Notes: generated by a model not told the origin, from the sequence alone. Positions 50,048 to 61,335 are shown, numbered from the stretch's first letter. The stretch is DNA of 64,000 nucleotides from Macrostomum lignano (GCA_002269645.1 NIVC01003347.1:39144-103143); one strand, 5' to 3'. Numbers and translations: made by a program.

Positions 50048-50118
50048 TATTATCGTTATGTATAAGATATTCGGCTCGAGGGATTTAAGTGAAATACCGA
50101 ACCCAAACCCATAGAATA

Positions 50119-50651
50119 TCTATCTTATTTAAACTACTTTAATTTTGTGGGATGTATTCAGATAAATCCCGGAGCCATACTTGTATGTCTATGGTTGGAG
50201 TTCGGGATGGGGTGTGGGGGCGAAGCCCTTGCTGGGGGTGTGGGGGCGAAGCACATGCGATGAATTTTGTCGGCCTAATTTAGCTAATAAAAATAAAAGC
50301 TGCAACTTATGTTTTATCAAAATTTATTTATATTTATTTATTTTTTATTATTATTTATTATTTATTTTATTTATATATTTATACATTTATAGACACAATT
50401 CTTCGCTTCGTATAGCTTTTTCTTTTTATTTTTTAGTGGTGAAATTATATCGAAATTTATTGCAGAGTTTTGAAAAATACTTAGTCAAGTTACGTGGTAA
50501 TTACATGCTTGCTTGTCGTTTGTCTTGTCGTTACCTTTTTTATACCGTTAAAATTAAATTCACAACATTCTCAAATAAATCATTTATTGAAAAAAAATTA
50601 TGTTACGCCTCAAGCAAGCTCAAGGCCTTGAAGTTTGTTCAAGCAGGCTAG
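50119..50651 (+). mobile_element. Possible non-autonomous Helitron
   Basis: A|TCtatctt at 50118-50126; imperfect hairpin caagctcaagg/ccttgaagtttg about 11 nt before CTAG|T (50648-50652); internal gggggcgaagc repeats. Confidence 0.35.
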
Positions 50652-53244
50652 TTAGTTCGCACGCTCTGCTTGCATTCACAAATACTTCAAGAGCAGCCTA
50701 AATATAAACAAGCTGTTTTGCTTGTGCCAACTCCTACTTACTAATGCTATCTGTATCTGATAAACGCACGAGCTCATGACCATGATTTTTAGAGAAATAT
50801 ATTTGCCCTAATTTTGTTTCATTTCAGTTTTTAGAACTGTTTATTGTATAGTGCAGTGCAGTCTGTTGTTTGACATAGTCGCTACACTAGGCCTATACTT
50901 ATACAATACTAGTATGAGCGTATGAGGTTGGGCCATAGGCCTTTAGAAGTCATAGGAAGGTGGTGCAGTGTGGGCGTAGCATGTGTGCTTCAACATTTGT
51001 CTAGGCCTATCTGAATCTGCCTAGCTGGCTTACTAGCTAGCTATGAAAAAAAATAAAATCTATAAAATCAAGATCGTTTTGTTTGTATGGCTACTTGTTA
51101 TTTATAACTATATGCATTTATAAATTTTAGATGGATATATTTTTATATGCCATGGCCAATGGATTACATTCATTTATAGAATAGGGGCCTATTTGCTAAG
51201 GACTAAAGTGTAGGCCTATTAATAGAGATGAGAAATATACTCTAGTCTTTCGTGATTGGTTTTTTATTAATAGAATTTTTAGAGTCTTGAAAATATAATT
51301 TGTTAATTTTTTCCAAAAATTATTTTTTAGTAGGCCTATATATTAGGGGCCTAAATCAATAGTGGATTTAGAGGAGAAGTGCACAAGGTAGGCCCTTTAG
51401 TTCCATAGTCCCAAAGATGTTCCATGCATGCCACGAAACTTATTGACTACAGGCTATACACTGAGATTATTCAGAAATCTCATACACACTTTACACCTAA
51501 GGGCCTCATGACCTCATCTGCATTGTGCCACATGCAAGGCATTGACTAGAGGGAGGGGTTGAAAGCAATAATGAACTCAAATTTTTAAGAGCACTCTGTT
51601 TATTTGCTTATATAGGGCCTAAACATAGCAAAGCTTGTTTAAACAAATTAAATTCATTTCCACTAATTAGATCACTTTTTTGTCTTTTATTTTGTTGCAA
51701 GACACAAAAATATATATTAAAAATATTTAAAGAAAATGTTGTAATTAAAATATTAAGAAATAATTGAAAATAATAAAAAATTAAGACATTACCAATTACA
51801 AATTTCCATGGTCCAGCCAAATCTAAACATATACTTTATTTCTAAATATATTTTGTATGCGGCTACATTCCAAAAAATTTTTGTGTGCATTGCTATATGC
51901 GAAGTCTCATTGCATGCCATAATGCATATAGCATAGGGGCCTAAAACTTACATGCATGCTGCAAATTTCTAAAGAAAACAGCATCTTTAGGTAAGTGGCT
52001 CTAGTTGAGTTTGAGTTTTTTGTATGTAAATGTATAGGAAATATGTATTATAATTTATATATATTTATAATATTATGTATACATTTTATAGTTTTGATTG
52101 TATAGTATACACTGGGTCCAGTAGGAGAAACTTATTTGTTTGCTAGTGTCGCAAGGGTTACTTCTGTCCTCCAACTATCCTACTAATTGCCACTAAGCTG
52201 TTACAGGTATGTTCCTCTTACTGAAATTATCTCACTGTTATGTCACCAAGCTGTGCTAGGGCTAACTTCCTACACTAATCTTTAAATGTTCTTGTTAAGT
52301 TAGTAGCTGCCACTAGGATTATCCTATTAATAAATTATGAATTTATCTATCTTAGAATAATCCAAGAAACCTTTCTTAGAATTGATCTGAGTATATATCT
52401 TGGAGTATTATTCTTAGAAACTATTAGCCCTTATAAGTGTTATTCTGGTAGCGTTTATTCTGATTCCGGTAGCGTTTACTGTACTTTTGGCCTGAGTGGT
52501 CTATTGGCTATACTGGTATATGTATTCTATGTACTTTGCAAGTCCTTAGGTGTTACCAAGATCAGAGGGTCACAGCCTCTGGTTATTCTTACATGTATCA
52601 CTTCAGATCTACTTTGTATTCTTTTACTACTCAATACTGCTGCTTCTCAATAGTATGTACTGTATATGCTTAAGTCTATTTCACTCTTACTTCTTAAAAG
52701 GAATTAACACAGAAAACACTTCTTCAATTCTTATTTTCTCAGAACTCTTACTATTTGCTATTAATCACTTATTGCGGAACCGCAATGCGCGAGGTTGTCT
52801 TGTCCTCTGCTGAAAACACTTCTATTTATACCAAAAGTTGATGTAGATTTAAACAAAAAATATTTGTGTAAAATAATATGAAAAATATGATTATTAAAAC
52901 AAAAATTGCACCTTAGTTTTGGCATAAATTCAAGTTCAACTAATCGGTAACTATTTTATAGAAAATTGGGAGGGGCCCTTTACACTAGGACTAAAAAACT
53001 GTTTTCACTATGTATGCCAATGGCAATGCTAAATTTCTTTACTTTTTCATTTTGAATTCATTATCCATATAGAATAACAAACTTAAAAAATTGTACTAGG
53101 CCTATACAATATTTACTGAAAGAAGACAATTCAGCTATGGCAACCAAAAGTTAGTCAATGCTTAGCCCCCCTTTTTATATCTCTTTGAATTTAATAAAAG
53201 TACCTTCTTTTGCCCCAAGCTAATTGTCTATGGCCCAAACTCCC

Positions 53245-53893
53245 ACTATGGAACCCATCAGTGTGTTATTATAGCTGTAGCTATGGCTATAGGATCTTAT
53301 AGCAAATATTGTAAAATAGGTGCCTATGGCAACTATGGATATACCTATAGTCGATAGCTACTCTTATGACTATGACTATAGAAAGTAGTTGTTGTCATAT
53401 TCCATAGATTCCCATAGCCATAGTTATTAATTTAAAAAATATTAGGAACAGGTAGAGTAAAACAAAGATACTTTAGTAAACTGTATTATAGACTTAGAAA
53501 CTTATAGATTATACTTAATAAAGTATAATATAACACTAGCAAACTTCAACTTTTAACAATGTGAAAAAGTTTAGCATTAGTACTTTCAGTAGTGATTAAA
53601 TATTGTTACTCTGTAAAAATAATGAATTATAATCTTTCAAAGGCAATTGAGTGGTTTTTTTCTATCTTATTTGCAGTTGTTTAAGCACTAGGTTATCTTT
53701 TTGATTCAAAATATTTTGTTTCCTAGACTTTTTGTTAAAACTATAGCTATGGCTATGGGAACTATAGGAATATGGTAATATTGGGATCTCTATGGCTATG
53801 GAATATGGAGAATTGGAATAAGCTATAGTTTTATATACAGCTACAGCTATGGCATATGGACCCCCTTTATGGCAGAACAATGGAGCCCATAGT
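53245..53893. mobile_element. Eroded MITE with about 150-190-bp imperfect inverted arms
   Basis: actatgg..atagctgtagct..tattccatagattcccatagccatag (53245-53430) mirrors ctatggctatgggaactataggaata..agctacagctatg..ccatagt (53745-53893). Confidence 0.5.
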
Positions 53894-54199
53894 CTATTTT
53901 AAACCTATTAACCCTCTTTAGACCCAGATCAATAAAGAGGCAATTGGAGGTTAGTGTAGCTATCTTTTTGACAAAAAACAACCTAACTTTAAATGTGCAC
54001 AGTGCCATTCAAGATTAATTTTGAGACACTAAATTTTACACAATTATGTCAAAATAATTGAAGATTGATTGTGTCAAATTTAAAAAGGATTGGTAAATTT
54101 AGAGCAGCATTATGTAGGATTCAATGAAAAAATTGCGCATTTTAGCAGTTTTTTGCACTTTTAGGTAGGAAGACTCAAATTTAGGAAATGACACTTTCT

Positions 54200-54329
54200 A
54201 TAATGAATTTAGGGTAGGTACAAAATTTGGTGTATTTGGTTTAGCGGTTTGGGAGTCCATATCAATTTATATAATTTATATATAGACAGATAGATAAATA
54301 GACAAAGTTTTCATTTTTATAGGTATAGA
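54200..54329 (-). mobile_element. Helitron/Helentron-like 5' terminus
   Basis: Minus strand reads A|TCtatacctataaaaatgaaa..tgtctatttatctatctgtct..ggactcccaaaccgctaaacc, like invertebrate Helitron-derived element starts with a gtct microsatellite. The other end was not found. Confidence 0.3.
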
Positions 54330-57063
54330 TGAGTCTTAGTAATCTGGATATCCTTCATTCAAAGTTTTTGGATCCACACTTATATCTTATGATATTGACA
54401 TGATTTATCTAAGAATTATTTCTTGAAAGTTAAGAATTAAAATGATTTAAAGAATTTAATAGCCTTTCTTATATCTACATCTATTTTATTAACCTATTTT
54501 ATTATTGTATTTTTATAAAACTAAGTAAGGATAACTTGACTAATTGTTTAATTATATATTAAAAGAAACTAGCTTGATAAAGCTATATAAAAAGCAAAAA
54601 TATATTTGCATTATTTGCTTAATTCTTAAAAATTATCTTTTTAGATATAGTTTTTAGATATAATATATAATTATTATTGATTTAGCTTTAATATAACCTT
54701 GATTTCTTATTTCTAAAAAACTATGACTTTAATAAATAGCAAATAGCTCTAGCTTAAGTTTTATTGATGTTATTATTTGGATAGGCATTTAAGCTAGATG
54801 TATTATAAAATATTTAAAACTGATTTTCCTTATTTACTTTACTAAAGAAATAAAAAGTAAGTTTAAGTTTGATACCTAAGCTGAACCTGAGTTTAGGCTT
54901 ATAAATTTAATTGTGCAGCTCAACCATTTAGACCTTTTTTCACTCGCCAATTATACAATAATTAGGAAGTGGGTCAAAAATTAAAAAAAATTGTTTTTAA
55001 TGCTTTCTATATTTGAATTTTTAATTTGAATGCCCACCATAAGCAACTTAGAATACTTATATAGAACTTCAAACAATGAAAAATTCAATTTAAAAGTCCA
55101 TAAAATCATCTTCGAAGGCTAAAATTAGTTTTTTTATTATTAATTAGCATAAGAAAATATAACTTGATCTGCATTTTTTCAACAAAATTGTGGTGCCATT
55201 TTGTACCTTGTTTCCAAAATCAAAGTGCCAAATCAGAAACCAGGGTGCCATTTTGCACTTATCAAATTTTTTTTTATTATTTAATGATTAATTTTTTAAT
55301 CCTAATCTTTATTATTAACCCTAATAATTCCTGGAAAAAATTAAATAGTTTATAAACTTGTTACTCATTCAACTTTTTTATATATGAAAATTAAGATAAG
55401 ACAATATCTACATAGTTACATATATACTACATTTCAATGATCTGATCTTATCTTTATTATTAAAATACATTGATTTTGGCATTAAGCCAAAAAAATGTAA
55501 TGCCATTTTGGTACTAGAGCCTAAATTTAGGGTGCCAAATAAAATTTTAAGGGCCATGGCAACCATTTGGCTCAAAAACCTAGAACTTGATATTTACAAG
55601 CACAATAATAATGTTGATAAAACTTTTAATATCTATTTTAGCCTTAGGTATGCCTAATTATTATAAATTTTTGCTAAGATTTATGACTATAAGAAGTTAA
55701 AAATATAAAAGTTTTTAAATAGAACATATAGACATATAGTTATAGAAATGTATTTCCCATAATTGGAGCATAGTTCTTCTATCTAGTTCTTGTGTCTAAT
55801 AATATTGCCCACTTAGAAATTGAGTGTTAAAGGTCTTAAAGGACTACTGCAGCCTTTGATAAAATAGAAAAAGGGTGAAACAATGAAAATAAATGAATTT
55901 TGCTAGTTTCAAAGCTTTTGTAAACAGAACAGTCTCTAGAGTTAGATACTAAAGCAGTATTGATTTTGATAACCATATGCATATTCCTATGTTGTATAGT
56001 TGGGGTAGTGGGGGCTAAAGTTAAGATAAATGTAGTCCTTGCTATTTTTTCAATAAAAAATAATATACTTGTAGAAGCAGTTATTATTTCCTAAAAACTT
56101 ATTAAAACAAACATAATTTTGCATAAATTTAAGAACTGTTTTAATTTGCAAAATGTTTTTAATATTCAAGGTTTGTTTATATATATGTGATCAGCATAGT
56201 ATAAATAGGAGCAAGGTTTGAGGAGAGGAGACCAACTTGTTTTTACTTGTTCATTAGCTATAAGCTCAAAATGTGTTTGATTCTTAGATCATTGCTTATT
56301 TCTCAGAGTTCTAACAGTATTGCAAAGAAGGTTGTCAGAAAGTTGGGAGTTGGGAACTCATGCAAAGGGAGTACTAAGAGTAAGTGCTGTGACCCTCTAA
56401 TCTTGGTAATGCCTAGAGTAGAGAGAAAGTATATGTACCAGTGAGATTGCTCAGGCTGAGATTACAAGAATGCTACCAGAATGCTACCAAAAAAGCTACT
56501 AAGAATGCTACCAGAATGCTACAAAGAACACTACTAAGAATGTTACCAGAAATAGGAATAAGAAGGTTAGGACTAACAGGACTTAGCACAACATTTACAG
56601 AGAAAAGAATTAGCACTAGTATAACTTAGTGCCAGCTTATAGGATATTTATATAGGCAGAGGAAAAGCAAGCTGTTACAACTGTTGGCATTTAGTAGGAT
56701 AATTTAGAGAACAGAACTAAGCCTTGCAACAACTTTGGTGTCAGCAGTTGAGATTTTAATAGAGAAGTTTCCCCTGTGACATACTATAACAATAGGTTAA
56801 ATAATTTCTGTTATTGATTTTCTTACTATATTATATGCATTGTGTTGTATAGAGGAATGGTTGGAATTAGATTTAATATCATTAAAAAAGAAAGTTATGG
56901 GTAAAATTAGATTTAGCTTCGTATGTTTGTATAGATATAGAAAAATATAGGTTATGATAAAAAACAAGATTGTGACAAGACACTAAATTGAGGTAAGGTA
57001 GCACGCTTTGGCAGGCAGAGAAATACAAAAGTTAAAATCAACATAGATTATAATAAATATGCG

Positions 57064-58086
57064 ATGGGTAGCCCCCTTGCGCCCACTCTTGCCAACATTT
57101 GTATGACTCATTGGGAGAAACAGTGGATGACCCTGCAATGTGCTCCTAGATTCTATAAGCGCTATGTTGATGACACCTTTGCCATTTTCAAAGGGGGATT
57201 GGATCATGAAGAGTTTCTTGCTGCTCTGAACTCCACTCACAAAAACATCCAGTTCATGGTTGAAGTTGGTGACAAGAAACTCCCTTTCCTTGATGTTGAC
57301 GTTGACATCCACTGTAATTTGGTTTCTACTAAAGTTTACCGCAAGCCCACTTTCACGAACTTGATGCTTAATTTTGGAGCTGTGTGTCCCAGACAGTGGA
57401 AAGTTGGCCTGATTCGTTGTTTGTTGCACAGGGCCTACACGGTTTGCAGCTCCTGGACCAATCTCAACATTGAAGTTAACAATCTCACCAAAATTCTAAG
57501 AATGAATCAATTTCCCAAGAATGTCATTTGCAGTGAAATCAATAGATTCATCTCTAATAAAATGATGAACAAACTGAGTTTTGCTTCTGATAAGGATGTG
57601 TTAAAAACTTGTCCGACCATGGTCTTGCCTTTCTATGGCAACTGCTCTAACCTGTTGAAGAAGAAAATTGAGAAAAGCTTCCGTAAATTCTTTAACACGC
57701 CTATTAAGATTGTTTTCCGCACTGCTAAGGTTGGCCAATACATTAGTAGACTGAAATCCCATGTTCCTCTTGCTCTGGCGGCAGGTATTGTATATAAGTT
57801 CTCTTGTTCTGTTGACCAGAACATTACCTATATAGGTAAAACTAAAAGGCACCTGTACACCAGAGTCAGAGAGCATTGGTTAAAAAGGTCAGCTATCCAA
57901 GACCACCTGCTCTGTTGCAACAGTTGTTGCGAAATTGAGCAAACTCAGCAGTTTAAAATTATTGATCAGTGTAGAACTGATTTTAGGCTCAACATACTTG
58001 AATCCATGTACATTAAAGACCAAAAACCTAATCTGAATATTCAGCTCTCCCATAGTGTTGCGGGCCATTTGCTCAAGGTATTCTAA
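57064..58086 (+). CDS. Penelope-type reverse transcriptase (motif B onward) with C-terminal GIY-YIG endonuclease
   Basis: MGSPLAPTLANICM, YKRYVDDTF, LPFLDV, VYRKPTFT, then YIGKTKRHLYTRVREH..ILESMYIKDQKPNLN. Confidence 0.9.
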   Translation: MGSPLAPTLANICMTHWEKQWMTLQCAPRFYKRYVDDTFAIFKGGLDHEEFLAALNSTHKNIQFMVEVGDKKLPFLDVDVDIHCNLVSTKVYRKPTFTNLMLNFGAVCPRQWKVGLIRCLLHRAYTVCSSWTNLNIEVNNLTKILRMNQFPKNVICSEINRFISNKMMNKLSFASDKDVLKTCPTMVLPFYGNCSNLLKKKIEKSFRKFFNTPIKIVFRTAKVGQYISRLKSHVPLALAAGIVYKFSCSVDQNITYIGKTKRHLYTRVREHWLKRSAIQDHLLCCNSCCEIEQTQQFKIIDQCRTDFRLNILESMYIKDQKPNLNIQLSHSVAGHLLKVF

Positions 58087-58225
58087 GTAAAGGCACTAGT
58101 CTGAACAATGTACTTGCAATCTATGCTTAACATTTTTTGGAAAATTCTGCCCATGACATGCCCTTTGGACTGTACAGTTAACATTTGTTCACTTATAAAG
58201 TTGTTGTGTGAGTTGAAAATACACC

Positions 58226-58268
58226 AGACCCTGATGATGGTCATTGTTGGAGTGAAACGCGTCGGAAG
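58226..58268 (+). ncRNA. Degenerate minimal type I hammerhead ribozyme in the Penelope 3' UTR
   Basis: cc-CTGATGA (58231-37), tggtcattgttggagt, GAAAC (58254-58), GC, GTC (58261-63), gg. Palindromic ACGCGT stem III; stems I and II are weak in this copy. Confidence 0.55.
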
Positions 58269-58606
58269 AAAGAATTTATTATAATCTATGTTGATTTTAA
58301 CTTTTGTATACACTAAATTGTTTAAGATTTTATTAGGGATTATAATATAAAACAAATGTATTCACTAGTATACAATCAGGGTAGTAAAGAATTGCTAAGT
58401 AAATTTTTGAGCATATTTTATTGCCAAGGACTTAAAATGTATAATTTAGCTGCATCAATCTCATTAGAGACCACTAAAAGTTAGTAACTGAAAGCAAGTT
58501 TCTGTTCTATATTCTTAAATATTTGCTATAAACCTGCATCCACTTATTTCAGAACTAGTTAAAGAAGTCATCATCTTTAAAGCTAAATATAATAAGAAAT
58601 TGCAAT

Positions 58607-60247
58607 ATGTCATTTGGTAGAGGCATAGGAAGCCGTGGCAGTAGTGGTGATGACTTTCGAAGCAGTGGTCGTGTGTCAGAGCCACTGGAACCAAGCGCTC
58701 TTGTTCATGCTAGTGAGCTACCTGAGCACACTCTTGAGGCTGATTTGCTGCGCACTTTTTCCAAGTATGGTGAAATCAAAGAAATATGTATGCTGCCCCA
58801 CCTGTCTCAAGCTTTAATAGAATTTAAAGATGTAGAGTCAGCCAAGATGATTGTAGAGAATGCGAAATCGGAATCCCTAACCATATCTGGTCGACGAATT
58901 AAGGTCAATTATTCGACTTCACAGCACATTGTGCATCGTAATGAAGGTATGTCAACTACTGTGGAGAACAAGGTGCTATTGTTTACCGTCTACAAACAGG
59001 ATTATCCTATCACTGTTGACGTGCTGCATCAGATCTGCTCACCACATGGCACTGTTAGTCGGATCGCGATATTTCGTAAATTCCATTTGCATGCCTTGGT
59101 GGAATTCTCACGCGTCGAGGACGCCATTCGGGCTAAGCGAAATCTGAACGGAGCCGACATCTACTCCGGCTGTTGCACCATCAAAGTTGATTACTCCGTT
59201 TCTCAATCTGTAACCGTTACTAGGAACGACCAGGAATCGTGGGACTATGAGAACCCCCAGTCTTGTAACGCTTCGCTGTTAGGTCAACCAGAAGGTAGGC
59301 AGCCATCGTTGCTCAAGGAGCCAAAGGTTTACAGAGACCAAAGCCACGTGCAACCTCAGCAGCCACCAATGCAAGCCCCGATGCAGCATCAGCCGGCTCA
59401 TATCGGCTACGGAGGGTTGCAGCAATTTTCTGTACTGGACTCGTTTCATCATCCGCACGCAAATTCGCAGTTTCTGGGCCACGCCGCCGACGCTCCCGGT
59501 ATTGCTGGATCAGTTTTAATGGTGTATGGCCTTAACGGTGAAGTTTTTAATTGTCAGCGCCTGTTCAATCTGCTTTGTCTGTACGGAAATGTAGTGAGCA
59601 TAAAGTTTCTGCGCAGCAAGGAAGGCTCTGCCATGGTCCAGATGGGTGATCCACAAGCGGCTGAACGCGCTATTCAGAACTTAAACTTTGCCCGCATGTT
59701 CGGTCAAAAGCTGCAGCTCAGCCAGTCCAAGCAGACTTGTCTGGTCGAGACTTCCCGGCCGCGCAATTTGCCCGACGGCAGCCCGTCGTTTATTGATTTC
59801 TCAGCCAGTCGCAATAATCGATTCACAACACCGGGCCTGGCTGCTAAAAACAAGATTTATCCGCCTTTTCGCACGCTTCAATTTTGGAACTGCCCACCGC
59901 ACTGTAGCGACGAGGACTTGCGCCAGATGTTCGCTGGATGCGGCTGTCAGCTTCCAGAAAAAATCGCCAGATTCTCTAATCCCAAGGCTGCCGAGAAGAC
60001 AATCGCTGGGCAGGTGCAGTGGGCTAGGGATATTGACGCCACAGAGGCGCTAGTGCTAGCCAACAACTGCGAGGTGCAAGCGCCGGGACAAAAGTATCCG
60101 TTTGCTGTTCGGCTAAGCTTTGCAGCCAAGCCCATTGCCGATGGCCAGTGGCCTGCCTCGCGCGATCGTAGCCCGTTTAAGGAGGACGCTGCGGGCTTTA
60201 ACAAAGGGAGCGGTACCAGCCGTGGTGGCAGATGCGATGAGTTCTAG
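58607..60247 (+). CDS. HNRNPL: hnRNP L (smooth) family RNA-binding protein, 4 RRMs, intronless CDS
   Basis: RRM1 PSALVH..QALIEF..VNYSTSQHI; RRM2 NKVLLFTV..YPITVDVLHQIC..NGADIYSGCCTIKVDYS; RRM3 GSVLMVYGL..FNCQRLFNLLCLYGNV..KFLRSKEGSAMVQMGD; RRM4 KNKIYPP..LQFWNCP. Acceptor-like ttatttcag about 55 nt upstream of the ATG. Confidence 0.92.
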   Translation: MSFGRGIGSRGSSGDDFRSSGRVSEPLEPSALVHASELPEHTLEADLLRTFSKYGEIKEICMLPHLSQALIEFKDVESAKMIVENAKSESLTISGRRIKVNYSTSQHIVHRNEGMSTTVENKVLLFTVYKQDYPITVDVLHQICSPHGTVSRIAIFRKFHLHALVEFSRVEDAIRAKRNLNGADIYSGCCTIKVDYSVSQSVTVTRNDQESWDYENPQSCNASLLGQPEGRQPSLLKEPKVYRDQSHVQPQQPPMQAPMQHQPAHIGYGGLQQFSVLDSFHHPHANSQFLGHAADAPGIAGSVLMVYGLNGEVFNCQRLFNLLCLYGNVVSIKFLRSKEGSAMVQMGDPQAAERAIQNLNFARMFGQKLQLSQSKQTCLVETSRPRNLPDGSPSFIDFSASRNNRFTTPGLAAKNKIYPPFRTLQFWNCPPHCSDEDLRQMFAGCGCQLPEKIARFSNPKAAEKTIAGQVQWARDIDATEALVLANNCEVQAPGQKYPFAVRLSFAAKPIADGQWPASRDRSPFKEDAAGFNKGSGTSRGGRCDEF

Positions 60248-61011
60248 CTATCAATTTTCCGGTGTTCTGTTGTGGTTTCAGCATCGAAGTGGAAGTCGTC
60301 AGTGACGGCAAATGACTACAAACGCAAGTGCAGTACTTTTCAGTGAGTATCTCGGTTTTCCTTTTTTACTGTTTTAAAACACCATTTTGTGAAGTCATTA
60401 AGTGTTCAATAATTTTCCAAACGGATCAATCGTCAAATTTAAAAACAACAATAACTACTACTACCTAAAATTAAATATTTATTTAATCTATTAAGTGGCT
60501 GTTACCGATTTTCAAGACTAATTTCATGAGCTATGCTATAAGCACAGAAACAGCAGCAGTTACGTTCCCCTTCTCCACGGGTGTTCCACGTTTTTTGTTT
60601 AATATCATTTGTCCTAATAAGATCTATAATTGAAAGAATACTAATTTCTAATTTAGCAACAACAAAATACGCTACCAAAACGTAACCCAACTCTCCGAAA
60701 ACACATTTTCAAACAGATTGAGCAGTGCAGGGTCCTTGGAATTAATTTGAAAACCGGTAATATGCCTTTTATGTTCCAGTTCTTTTCGTTCTTCATGTTG
60801 TTATCTTGCGCTCCTTCAAAATCTATCGTTCTTTTCTATATCCTCCATATATACAATGCATGTATTTTGCGATAAATTAAAACTGCGCACTTTGATCCCA
60901 TCGATTATTAAGTTAACTTGAGTTGCAAAAACAGCTACCGTACCACCGTGCTCACATCTTGTGTCCTATCCTATGGGAGAACCGCTACCGTAACACTGTG
61001 TTCCCCTATGC

Positions 61012-61335
61012 CAGGGGTCGGCAAACTCCGGCCCGAGGGCCACATGCTTCCCGCAAAGCCTCTCTATCGGGCCCTCGGGTCCTTTTAAACTTCACAATTG
61101 CTTCACAAGGTTTGTGCCTCTTGTCTTATCAGCTCCCTTCTCTCTAATCTTCTCTCCCCCTCTCCTCTCATCTCTCCTCTCCTCTCTCCTCTCCTCTTCT
61201 CTTTTCTCTTCTCCTTTATTCTCTTGCCTCTCCTTTCTCCTATCTCAATTTCCTCTCCCCTCCCCTCCTCTGGCCCGCAGTCTTGCGCTGGGTTCTCTAT
61301 CTGGCCCCTGGGGTAAAAAAGTTTGTCGACCCTTG
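61012..61335 (+). mobile_element. Non-autonomous hAT (Charlie-like) MITE
   Basis: TIRs caggggtcggcaaac / gtttgtcgacccttg; 8-bp TSD ccctatgc / ccctatac (one mismatch); CT-rich interior; related to 31070-31438. Confidence 0.85.

Larger units (their letters stand above)
56991..58309 (+). mobile_element. 5'-truncated Penelope-like retroelement (RT plus GIY-YIG endonuclease)
   Basis: 11-bp TSD acactaaattg at 56980-56990 and 58310-58320; uninterrupted 340-aa ORF; inverted 36-bp copy of the 3' end at the 5' junction; hammerhead motif in the 3' UTR. Confidence 0.92.

Noticed and set aside
53908-53920. ttaa|ccctcttta as a piggyBac left end
   Set aside because: No matching aggg|ttaa right end was found.
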